This document shows, piece after piece, positions 1-7,599 of a stretch of 17,092 nt of DNA. Source of the DNA: a bacterium (lineage in GTDB: Bacteria > Acidobacteriota > Thermoanaerobaculia > Multivoradales > JAHEKO01); assembly GCA_024224155.1 (NCBI GenBank), contig JAAENP010000289.1, positions 1-17,092 on the forward strand, read 5' to 3'. The translations under genes and the position numbers were made by a program. Position 1 is the stretch's first letter. Every line of letters starts with the position of its first letter. Below the pieces are notes generated by a model. The model made no database searches and was not told where the DNA came from. It saw only the letters and a program-made list of their open reading frames with translations.

Positions 1-133
1 CAGTCTCCGCGAGGTTCCAGAATCATGAGTTTGTGCGCCGGAGAGGACCGGTGGCCGAGAGGCGCGCTTCGTCAATCTAGCATGGGCTCCGCGCAGGACC
101 GGTGCCGGATTCCACTCGAGTACCGTAGCAATC

Positions 134-152
134 GGCGCCCGGGAGGGGCGCC
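134..152. other. Perfect 7-bp GC stem (GGCGCCC / GGGCGCC) with a 5-nt loop. Possible terminator-like hairpin of an upstream gene outside the window, or a leader structure of the crotonase gene.
   Basis: Read directly: GGCGCCC-GGGAG-GGGCGCC at 134-152. No U-tract follows. Confidence 0.25.
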
Positions 153-229
153 GAGGCCGGCTCTCCTGCTTCCGTAAGGACTGGACGCGTGCGTTCGATG
201 GGCTACCATCGGCAAGAGAGGATGGGCCG

Positions 230-982
230 ATGAGCTCCTGGAGTCTCGAGATCGACGAGAGAATCGCTACGCTGGCCCTCGGCCGGGGCAAGGTCAACGC
301 GCTCAACGAGGAAACCGTCGAGGAGCTCGCGAAGCACCTCCCCATTCTCGCTGCCGACGCCGGTGTCCGGGGCGTGATCCTGACCGGACGCGGCAGCTTC
401 TTCTCTTTCGGATTCGATATCCCGGAGTTCCATTCCTATTCGCGGCAGGACTTTACCCGTTTCCTCGAGAAGTTCACCGGGCTCTACACAGCGCTCTTTG
501 TCTTCCCCAAGCCCGTCGTCGCCGCCCTCAACGGTCACACCATCGCAGGTGGATGCATGCTGGCGCTGGCCTGCGATCGGCGTCTCATGGTGGAAGGGCG
601 AGCTAAGATCTCCTTGAACGAGATTACCTTCGGTGCGTCGATCTTCGCGGGCAGCGCCAGCATGCTGACGAGCCTGGTGGGCCGCAAGAGTGCCGAGACT
701 GTTCTCTTCTCGGGAGCCATGCTCGACGCGGGCCACGCCCAGCAGCTCGGACTGATCGATCAGGTGACCGACCCTGACGATCTCGCCTCTAGCGCCCGGG
801 CCGTGTGCACGAGCCTGGCGGCGGCCGACCCGGTTGCCTTCCGAAGCCTCAAGCGGCTCGTTCGGGGCCCGATCGCCGAGCGCATGAAAGCGCGCGAAGC
901 CGAATCGATCCGCGAGTTCGTGGATATCTGGTACTCGGACGACACCCGGCGGCGGCTCGAGGAGATCCGCATCCGTTCCTGA
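230..982 (+). CDS. Enoyl-CoA hydratase/isomerase (crotonase superfamily) protein
   Basis: 250-aa ORF with high GC3. The N-terminal fold pattern is typical of crotonases (ALGRGKVNALN...VRGVILTGRGSFFSFGFDI, then GHTIAGGCMLALACD). The oxyanion-hole-like glycine motifs are present. Confidence 0.85.
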   Translation: MSSWSLEIDERIATLALGRGKVNALNEETVEELAKHLPILAADAGVRGVILTGRGSFFSFGFDIPEFHSYSRQDFTRFLEKFTGLYTALFVFPKPVVAALNGHTIAGGCMLALACDRRLMVEGRAKISLNEITFGASIFAGSASMLTSLVGRKSAETVLFSGAMLDAGHAQQLGLIDQVTDPDDLASSARAVCTSLAAADPVAFRSLKRLVRGPIAERMKAREAESIREFVDIWYSDDTRRRLEEIRIRS

Positions 983-1001
983 CGAGGAACGGCTCTGAGG
1001 T

Positions 1002-1187
1002 TCAATCGATGACGGAGCGCCGCAGAACCTCGAGCACCCGGACAAGAACGGCCTTGCGCTCCTTCAACATCTCGCGAAACTCCAGGCGGTCGGTATCCGA
1101 GATCTCCATCCGTAGGTCGGAGAGATAGCTGTCGAGAACCGTACAGAGGATCTGCCGCTCATTGTCATCGAGGTCGAGCTGGATCAC
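1002..1187 (-). CDS. Small acidic, predicted all-helical hypothetical protein (61 aa)
   Basis: GTG start with a strong SD (GGAAGGAGG) 5 nt upstream on the minus strand. High GC3. Convergent with the crotonase gene across a 19-bp gap. No recognisable family. Confidence 0.55.
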   Translation of the reverse strand: MIQLDLDDNERQILCTVLDSYLSDLRMEISDTDRLEFREMLKERKAVLVRVLEVLRRSVID

Positions 1188-1290
1188 GTGAGCCTCCTTC
1201 CCCGGCTTTTCTACGATGCCCGCGCGTTTCGGGCAATACCCGCCGGGGTGGTGTCCTCCCGCCTTCCCCCGGCGCTATGATGATTGACCA

Positions 1291-1569
1291 ATGAAGGCAG
1301 TCGCAGAGATCCAGGTCGTTCCGATCGGCGTCGGCGTCTCCGTGCGGGCCCAGGTTCGCCGCGCCCAAGAGCTCATCCGTGAATCGGGCCTCGTCGTGCA
1401 GGAGCACTCCTTCGGCACCAATGTCGAGGGCGATCTCGAGGCCATCCTCGACGTCGTCGAGCTCATCCACGAGGTGCTGCACGCCGAGGGAGCTCCGCGG
1501 CTCTCGACTTCTATCAAGCTCGGTACGCGCACCGACAAACAGCCCGACCTCGCTTCGAAGCTGCGCTGA
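1291..1569 (+). CDS. YkoF/MTH1187 (UPF0045/DUF77) family small thiamine-binding-like protein
   Basis: 92 aa. The N-terminus MKAVAEIQVVPIGVGVSV and the overall size match the MTH1187/YkoF fold family. Confidence 0.7.
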   Translation: MKAVAEIQVVPIGVGVSVRAQVRRAQELIRESGLVVQEHSFGTNVEGDLEAILDVVELIHEVLHAEGAPRLSTSIKLGTRTDKQPDLASKLR

Positions 1570-1622
1570 CGGCATAGCCGGGGCCCCGGGGGTCCACGCG
1601 GTTGCGCCCGGGGATCCTCGGC

Positions 1623-1670
1623 TTGACACTTGGCGAGTCGAGGTGTACTATTGTTCTAGTGGACTAGTAC
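1623..1670 (+). promoter_or_regulatory. Sigma70-like promoter (TTGACA, 17 bp, TACTAT) overlapped by a perfect inverted repeat GTACTA-N14-TAGTAC. Putative autoregulatory operator of the downstream GntR operon.
   Basis: TTGACA at 1623-1628 and TACTAT at 1646-1651 with a 17-bp spacer. GTACTA at 1645-1650 pairs with TAGTAC at 1665-1670. This is a local AT-rich island in a GC-rich genome, about 40 bp upstream of the GntR start. Confidence 0.5.
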
Positions 1671-1705
1671 TTACGAACACTCAGGCCTTTCCAGGAAGTC
1701 ACCGT

Positions 1706-2083
1706 TTGAAGATCCAGATCGACACTAAGAGCGGCGTCCCCTTCTACCGGCAGATCATCGAGCAGGTCAAGATCGCCGTTGCCCGCGGCCTCCTGAGCCC
1801 TGGGCACCGCCTACCGACCGTCCGCCAGCTGGCGGTCGACCTCGCCGTCAACCCCAATACCGTGGTTCGCGCTTACCGGGAGCTCGAGATCGAGCGGGTA
1901 ATAGACACTCAGCAGGGCTCGGGCACCTTTGTCGGCAAAGAGCGCCCTGAGATCGACGATCTCGAGCGCCGCCGAATGCTCGACCAGATTCTCACCGAAC
2001 TGCTGGCCCGCGCCTCGTCTTACGGCTTCTCGCCCGAGGATGTCTTCGAGGGCCTGCGCCAGCGCAAGGAGGAACCGTCATGA
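1706..2083 (+). CDS. GntR-family transcriptional regulator, YtrA-like short subfamily (about 126 aa)
   Basis: TTG start gives (M)KIQIDTKSGVPFYRQIIEQ..., which parallels the YtrA MIQID N-terminus. The winged HTH is LPTVRQLAVDLAVNPNTVVRAYRELE, followed by a short two-helix C-terminal region. An AGGAAG SD lies 8 nt upstream. The stop overlaps the next start (ATGA). Confidence 0.85.
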   Translation: MKIQIDTKSGVPFYRQIIEQVKIAVARGLLSPGHRLPTVRQLAVDLAVNPNTVVRAYRELEIERVIDTQQGSGTFVGKERPEIDDLERRRMLDQILTELLARASSYGFSPEDVFEGLRQRKEEPS

Positions 2084-3228
2084 CCCCAAAAACCACCGGC
2101 TCCGAATTAGGCAAGGCCCTCTGGGCCCGCTCGCTCGAGAGGTTCGCCACCACGGCGCGCGCGGACCTCCGGTTCGCCCCGCTCAACGTCTTCCTGCTCG
2201 TCGTGATCTTCGCGTTCGGCCTGGCGGTCCACCTGAGTCTCTACCCGTTTACGGTCGATGCCGTCGCCCTCTGTCTCGGCTCGGCTTTGGTCCTCGCCAT
2301 CTGTATCAGGACGGCTCAGGTCTGGGAGGCGGTGGTCATCTTGGGCACGGCCGACTGCCTGCTGATCTACCTCAGGCTCCGACCCGACAGCGAGGTGCTG
2401 CTGGTGACCGTGGTGCTGGCGCTGCTGATCGCGCCCTCCGTGCAGATCGCCTATCAATGGGAGAAGGCCGTGGTCCTGCGCTTCGGACGCTTTCGCGGCC
2501 TTCGCTCCTCTGGACTCTTTCTGATCTTCCCGGTGATCGACAAAGTGGCCCAGTTCGTCGATCAGCGAATCCGGGTCAGTGACTTCTCCGCCGAGACCAC
2601 TCTCACTGCCGACACCGTCCCGGTCAACGTCGACGCCATCGCATTCTGGATGGTCTGGGACGCCGAGAAGTCCGTCCTCGAGGTGGAGCACTACGCCAAA
2701 GCCGTCATCCTGTCGGCGCAGACCGCGTTGCGCAACGCCATCGGCAAGCACGATCTGGCCGAGCTTCTCTCGGAGCGCGACCGGTTGGGCGGCGAGATCC
2801 AGGCAGTTCTCGACGACAAGACCAGCGCCTGGGGAATCACTACGCAGGCGGTGGAGATCCGCGACATCATCATTCCCAAGGGCCTCGAGGACGCCATGTC
2901 ACGCCAGGCGCAGGCCGAACGTGAGCGCCAGAGCCGCATCATCCTGGGCACCGCCGAAACCGAGATCGCCGAGAAGTTCGCCCGCGCGTCCGAGCACTAC
3001 CGCGACAACCCGGTTGCGCTCCATCTGCGGGCGATGAACATGGTCTACGAAGGGCTGCGACAGAAGGGCTCGATGATCATCGTCCCCTCCACCGCCGTCG
3101 AGACTATGGGCCTCGGAGCTCTTGGTGGGCTGACCGCCTTCGACCACGGCGCGCCCAAGGAGAGCGCCCAGACAACGGAGCCATCCGGGCTTCCCGAAGG
3201 TGTCTCGGCAGAGGGCGGTGAGTCGTGA
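2080..3228 (+). CDS. SPFH/band-7 (stomatin/prohibitin-like) membrane protein with an extended N-terminal multi-TM region
   Basis: AAGGAGG SD 7 nt upstream. About four N-terminal hydrophobic helices come before the SPFH core (VVLRFGRF...IFPVIDKV...VDAIAFW...LRNAIGKHDLAELLSERD...AQAERERQ). A glycine-rich acidic tail follows. Confidence 0.85.
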   Translation: MTPKTTGSELGKALWARSLERFATTARADLRFAPLNVFLLVVIFAFGLAVHLSLYPFTVDAVALCLGSALVLAICIRTAQVWEAVVILGTADCLLIYLRLRPDSEVLLVTVVLALLIAPSVQIAYQWEKAVVLRFGRFRGLRSSGLFLIFPVIDKVAQFVDQRIRVSDFSAETTLTADTVPVNVDAIAFWMVWDAEKSVLEVEHYAKAVILSAQTALRNAIGKHDLAELLSERDRLGGEIQAVLDDKTSAWGITTQAVEIRDIIIPKGLEDAMSRQAQAERERQSRIILGTAETEIAEKFARASEHYRDNPVALHLRAMNMVYEGLRQKGSMIIVPSTAVETMGLGALGGLTAFDHGAPKESAQTTEPSGLPEGVSAEGGES

Positions 3229-3752
3229 GCCGCTCTCTCGTCAACGCTGCCTCAGACAAGGGGCTCGTTCACTCGCGCACCTCCTCACCGGCACGGACTC
3301 GCTCAGATCCCAACAAGCCGTGGCGACTCGCATGGCTCTTGCTGACCATAGCCCTGGCGGCGCACGTGCTCGACGAAGCCCTGACCGACTTTCTTTCGGT
3401 CTACAACCCCGCGGTCGCGACTCTTCGGGACACCGTGCCCTGGTTGGCTCTCCCCAGCTTTAGCTTCGGCGCGTGGATCACCGGTCTCGGAATCGGAATT
3501 CTCGTGCTGGCGGCGCTCACGCCCCTTGCTCGCGGCGACAGGCCTTGGATGCGGCGCCTGTCGTACGTCTACGGAATCATCATGACGCTGAACGGCCTGG
3601 GTCATATGGGCGCCTCGTTGGTGCTGGGCCGCTGGATGCCCGGCGTCGTCTCCTCGCCGTTTTTGCTGGCGGCCGCGCTCTTCCTGCTCGTGAGCGTGCC
3701 GGAGCGGCCACAGCCCGCGACGCCCGTCGATCGGGAGAGCTCGGGTCGATGA
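3225..3752 (+). CDS. Integral membrane protein, HXXEE-like (AAHVLDEAL motif), 175 aa
   Basis: GTG start overlapping the upstream stop (GTGA). Four or five hydrophobic helices. An H-x-x-D-E motif sits at the start of the first helix. The family assignment is tentative. Confidence 0.55.
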   Translation: MSRSLVNAASDKGLVHSRTSSPARTRSDPNKPWRLAWLLLTIALAAHVLDEALTDFLSVYNPAVATLRDTVPWLALPSFSFGAWITGLGIGILVLAALTPLARGDRPWMRRLSYVYGIIMTLNGLGHMGASLVLGRWMPGVVSSPFLLAAALFLLVSVPERPQPATPVDRESSGR

Positions 3753-5266
3753 CCAGGGTCCGCTGGTGGCCTGCGGCGGTCATTCTCACTCTGGTGACGA
3801 TTCGCCTGGCCGTTATCTGGCTCGGCGACGCGCCCAGCACCCAGGCGCGCGTGGTGCCCACGCTCAAGGTTATGGTCCTCGCCGCCGCCCTGTTCTTCAT
3901 GTGGGCGCTACTGTTTTCGCGGTTGAAGGGCCGCACTCGGTTGGTCATCCTGCTGGTGGTGCTCCTTGCCGGCGGCGTTCTGGGGTCCACGGTCCGGATT
4001 ACTGGCGTCAGCGGCAACGTGGTGCCCATCCTGGCTTGGCGCTGGGCCGGCGACCAGGCTCTCGAGGATCCCCTTGGACCGGTCTTGGTCACCGACCGAA
4101 TCTCCCTCCTGGGGGACTATCCACAGTTCTACGGCCCGCGGCGCGATGCCACGCTCCCGGGTCCGCGCCTGGCCCGAGACTGGCGGTCGAGCCCGCCGCG
4201 CCAGCTCTGGCGTCGAGACGTGGGTGAAGCCTGGTCGGCCTTTGCCGTCGTCGGTTCTGCGGCGATTACCCAGGAGCAGCGCGGCGAAGAGGAAGTTGTG
4301 GTTCGCTATGACCTGGAGTCCGGCCGACAGGTTTGGGTTCATGCCGACCGCACGCGGTTGGAGACGACCGTCGGTGGCAGAGGCCCCAGGGCGACGCCGA
4401 CGATCGCCGAAGGCCGTGTCTACTCCCTGGGCGCGACCGGCATCCTCAACTGTCTCGATCTCGAAAGCGGTGACCTCATTTGGTCGCGCGACCTAGTCGA
4501 CGATAATCAGGCGCGTCTCGCCGACTACGGGATGCCGTCGTCCCCGTTGCTGGTCGACGATCTCGTGGTCGTCCAGTTGGCGCGGGTGGGCAGCTCCCTG
4601 GTTGCCTACCGCCGGACCGACGGCGAGCCGGTCTGGCGGGCGGGCCAGGACTCGGGAAGCTACAGCTCGCCGATACTGGCCACGGTGGCCGGGATCAGGC
4701 AGCTTGTGATCGTCAACCAAAGAAGCATCGCCGGCCATCTGCCCGAAAGCGGCGAAATGCTCTGGCGCGAGGAATGGCTCCATGCGGGCGAAAAGGTCAC
4801 GCCACCCCTGCTCCTCGGTGACGATCGACTCTTGATCTCGGCGGGCTACGGAGCGGGCAGTCGCCTCTTGCGCCTCCGTGCAGACGGGAGGGGCCTGGCC
4901 ATCGAGGAGCTGTGGAATAGCCTCCGCTTGAAGTCCAAGTTCGCCTCCATGGTGCTCCACGAGGGCACGGTCTACGGGCTCGACGACGGCATCCTCACCG
5001 CTCTCGACCCCGAAAGCGGCGAGCGGCTCTGGAAACGCGGGCGGTACGGTCACGGTCAGATGATCCTGGTCGGCGACCTTTTGTTGATCCAGTCGGAAAA
5101 GGGCGATGTGGCATTGGTCGAACCGACGCCGCAGGAGCATCGCGAGCTCGCGCGCTTCGAAGCGCTGAGCGGCAAGACCTGGAACCCACCTGCGCTTGCC
5201 GGTCGCCACCTGCTGGTCCGCAACAATCGGGAGGCGGCCTGCTACGAGCTCCCGGTCGAGTCCTGA
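3749..5266 (+). CDS. PQQ-like beta-propeller repeat protein (BamB/quinoprotein-like fold) with three N-terminal TM helices, about 505 aa
   Basis: ATG overlapping the upstream stop (ATGA) gives MTRVRWWPAAVILTLV.... Repeated W/G-containing blades are visible (GRQVWVH, GDLIWSRDL, GEPVWRAG, GEMLWREE, GERLWKRG). The track ORF begins at 3473, but that 5' part overlaps the previous gene in another frame. Confidence 0.7.
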   Translation: MTRVRWWPAAVILTLVTIRLAVIWLGDAPSTQARVVPTLKVMVLAAALFFMWALLFSRLKGRTRLVILLVVLLAGGVLGSTVRITGVSGNVVPILAWRWAGDQALEDPLGPVLVTDRISLLGDYPQFYGPRRDATLPGPRLARDWRSSPPRQLWRRDVGEAWSAFAVVGSAAITQEQRGEEEVVVRYDLESGRQVWVHADRTRLETTVGGRGPRATPTIAEGRVYSLGATGILNCLDLESGDLIWSRDLVDDNQARLADYGMPSSPLLVDDLVVVQLARVGSSLVAYRRTDGEPVWRAGQDSGSYSSPILATVAGIRQLVIVNQRSIAGHLPESGEMLWREEWLHAGEKVTPPLLLGDDRLLISAGYGAGSRLLRLRADGRGLAIEELWNSLRLKSKFASMVLHEGTVYGLDDGILTALDPESGERLWKRGRYGHGQMILVGDLLLIQSEKGDVALVEPTPQEHRELARFEALSGKTWNPPALAGRHLLVRNNREAACYELPVES

Positions 5267-5566
5267 GTCTTCTTCCTGTCTAGTTGCGGGCCTTCTTCCC
5301 TGATGCGATCGAGCGAAGCAACAGAGTAGGTGGCGGCTCCAGCCCACCCCGTCGAGTGTTGACTGGCGTAGGCCCGGTCGGGAACTTGCATACCAGAGGC
5401 AGTGGCCGGGGAGCGCCTCCGATTGAGCGCAACCGAAATGTGCGGGATCACCGGCCCTCTCGACGAGCGCGGTGGTCTGAATCGGGGCCACATCTCTGGG
5501 GCTCTCTCCGAGTCAGGTGAGTAGGCGCCTTTGAGCAATTGACTCGTCCTTGGAAAGGAGAGGACC

Positions 5567-6046
5567 ATGAACCGACTTGGAATCGTCAGCTGCATCGCCT
5601 TCGCGCTCGTGTCGCTCCCCGCAACGATCGCCACGGCCGGCCACCTTCCCCTCGATGCCGTCGGCGCCCTGCACCAGTATTGCGCCGACCAGAGCTTCAC
5701 GCCCCATAAGAACCTGATCGTCATGCGGCAGGTGATGATGACCGATGAGCTCGCCACCTTCGGCGGGACCCTCTTCGCGGGCATCTACACGCCGCAAGTT
5801 CCGCCCTCCGGCGACCCCGGAAGGATTACCGTGCGGGTCAGGGTGAGAAGAGCGGACGGGAGCCGGGAGAAGCTCGGGAAGATGGTCGCGCACCAAGGCG
5901 CTGATGGCGTCGCCGAGGCCGAGATGTATCTTCCCGTCGCCATCCGCGAGGGAGACACTGTCCTCTGGAGATGGCGCTTCCGAAACTTCGCCAACCTCGG
6001 CGCCGACGAGTGCTTCATGTTGATCGGCGCAACGGTCAGACCGTAA
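5567..6046 (+). CDS. Secreted hypothetical protein (159 aa) with an N-terminal signal peptide
   Basis: AGGAGAGG SD 4-5 nt upstream. Signal-peptide-like N-terminus MNRLGIVSCIAFALVSLPATIATA. High GC3. No family recognised. Confidence 0.6.
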   Translation: MNRLGIVSCIAFALVSLPATIATAGHLPLDAVGALHQYCADQSFTPHKNLIVMRQVMMTDELATFGGTLFAGIYTPQVPPSGDPGRITVRVRVRRADGSREKLGKMVAHQGADGVAEAEMYLPVAIREGDTVLWRWRFRNFANLGADECFMLIGATVRP

Positions 6047-6082
6047 TTACGTCGCTTGCGTCGGTAGACCGGCTCGATTCCC

Positions 6083-7579
6083 TTATCGATCGCGCCGCGG
6101 CTGCGGATCCAGGGGCTCGAGCGTCCGCCCGGCCAGTGCCGGATGGTGCGGCGGGATATGGGTGGCTCGAAACACGGAGTACGGCGGATCGCCGGCCGGA
6201 TTCGGCGCATTGCCGGAGTAAGGATTCAGATAGCTCCAGACGATGTCGCCTTCCCGAGTGACCTCGAAGAAACGACCGTCGGGACCGGAACAGATCAGCG
6301 TGTTGCCATTCATCAACCGCTGGGCGCCGGAGATGAAGTCGGCATAGAAGGACTCCGGGGGCTCTGCCGTGTACTGCCAGACCGGCCCCTCCGGAGGAAA
6401 CGCGCCTCCCGGGTGGCGCCGGTAGCGCCCGTCGGCGTCGACCGGCGGGGCGATCTCGAGCACCGAGGAGTAGCCGTCACCTGGTCGGCCGGCACCGTTG
6501 TTGAACACCAGCAGGTTGCCGGCTCCAGGATGGCCCGGCGGGATCCAGCTCGCGTCATGCTGCGCGAAGAGCTGCCGATCCTCGTGGGTGCCCCCGTCGA
6601 AGACCTGGGGATTGCCCCAGCGGTACAGAAGGTCCCCACCTCGGCCGGCGCGACCGCCGGTGTGACCGGACGCCTCGCGCGTGCTGGTGGAGTGGTCGAG
6701 GATCCAGATCTCGCTGTATTGATTGACGCTGAGGAGGATCTGATCGAGCCGAAGGTTGTAGGCAATCGAGTTGGTGTGGACGAAATCGGCGGCCGCGTCC
6801 GCCAGGGTGCCGTCCCGGCCTAGGTAGCCCAGCGCCTTCAGACGGCTCAGCAGTGCCTCACTGGGCCGCTCCGGACCCCGACCGGCATTGAGATCGACGA
6901 GCCCGGGGTGCTCACTCAATCTGCCGAAGTTGGCCAAGGCGGGGTCATGGTCCTGGATCAGGTGATCCCAAAGGTGCCACTCCCAGACGACTCGAGCGTC
7001 GTCGGGCGGCCGGGGCTCGACCTCCAGCACCGCATCCGGCCAAAGCCCGCCGAGGCCCAGAAGATCGGACCGTCGTCCCGCCCGCCGGGCCTCGCCGGGA
7101 CTCTTGTTCTCCCAGACGATGAGCAGCACATTGCCGTTCGGCAGCGGTTCAATATCGTGGTGCTGCACCCGGCCCGCGCTCGCCGCCACCCAGTCCCACA
7201 CCAACTCGCCGTCCCAGTCGAACTCTTGGAGCCGCCCCCCCTGGCCACCGCCCCGGAAGGGCACGCCCGGGTGCCGCGCCGTGCGCAGTAGATGGCCGTT
7301 GTTGAGCAGATAGACCGAGACCCCGGGCGGCAGTTCGCTCTCCCAGGTGTGCACCGCCCGCCCCTGCTTGTCCACCAGGTAGGTGACGGTCGACAAGAGC
7401 GGCGAGAAGAGAACGTAGCCGTCCGCCGCCCGGCTGTCGAGCTCTCGAGCATCGAGCAAGCCGATCCCTCGCACGCGCTCCACCTTACCGGTGTCGTCGC
7501 GTCCGGGCGCACATCCGAGGCCTGTCGCCGCTAGGCATGCCAACAAGAGTCCGGGGATGACGCGGCTGAACGGCCTCAA
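6083..7579 (-). CDS. Arylsulfotransferase (ASST) family beta-propeller lipoprotein
   Basis: TTG start with a GGAG SD. Lipobox LLACLAATGLGC. Propeller motifs resemble the ASST family (VQHHD, HTNSIAYN, WEWHLWDHL, LVFNNG, MNGNTLI). It lies 20 bp downstream of the hydrolase gene on the same strand. Confidence 0.6.
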   Translation of the reverse strand: MRPFSRVIPGLLLACLAATGLGCAPGRDDTGKVERVRGIGLLDARELDSRAADGYVLFSPLLSTVTYLVDKQGRAVHTWESELPPGVSVYLLNNGHLLRTARHPGVPFRGGGQGGRLQEFDWDGELVWDWVAASAGRVQHHDIEPLPNGNVLLIVWENKSPGEARRAGRRSDLLGLGGLWPDAVLEVEPRPPDDARVVWEWHLWDHLIQDHDPALANFGRLSEHPGLVDLNAGRGPERPSEALLSRLKALGYLGRDGTLADAAADFVHTNSIAYNLRLDQILLSVNQYSEIWILDHSTSTREASGHTGGRAGRGGDLLYRWGNPQVFDGGTHEDRQLFAQHDASWIPPGHPGAGNLLVFNNGAGRPGDGYSSVLEIAPPVDADGRYRRHPGGAFPPEGPVWQYTAEPPESFYADFISGAQRLMNGNTLICSGPDGRFFEVTREGDIVWSYLNPYSGNAPNPAGDPPYSVFRATHIPPHHPALAGRTLEPLDPQPRRDR

Positions 7580-7599
7580 GCCCGCTCCTCCCGGAGTCG

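Noticed and set aside
203-1045. 280-aa minus-strand ORF covering the crotonase gene
   Set aside because: It is antisense to a clearly recognisable crotonase. Its composition is Arg/Gly/Glu-rich, as expected of GC-rich shadow frames. No RBS.
1188-1290. Looked for a TPP riboswitch upstream of the YkoF-like gene, by analogy with the Bacillus ykoF operon
   Set aside because: Only about 100 bp is available. There is no CUGAGA / ACCUGAUCUGGAUAAUGCCAGCG-like core. It is probably just a divergent promoter region.
3473-3748. 5' extension of the PQQ-propeller ORF (track start at 3473)
   Set aside because: It overlaps the HXXEE-like membrane gene in another frame and translates to an Arg/Ala-rich string. 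The ATG at 3749 overlaps the upstream stop, gives a proper TM N-terminus and matches the coupling pattern of the operon.
5359-5364. Scanned long intergenic regions for tRNA or other structured RNA genes
   Set aside because: No T-loop (GGTTCGAATCC-like) or acceptor-stem pattern found. This is noted only as an unexplained non-coding stretch.
4493-5491. 332-aa minus-strand ORF
   Set aside because: Antisense to the PQQ-propeller gene. No RBS and no domain-like sequence. A typical high-GC artefact.
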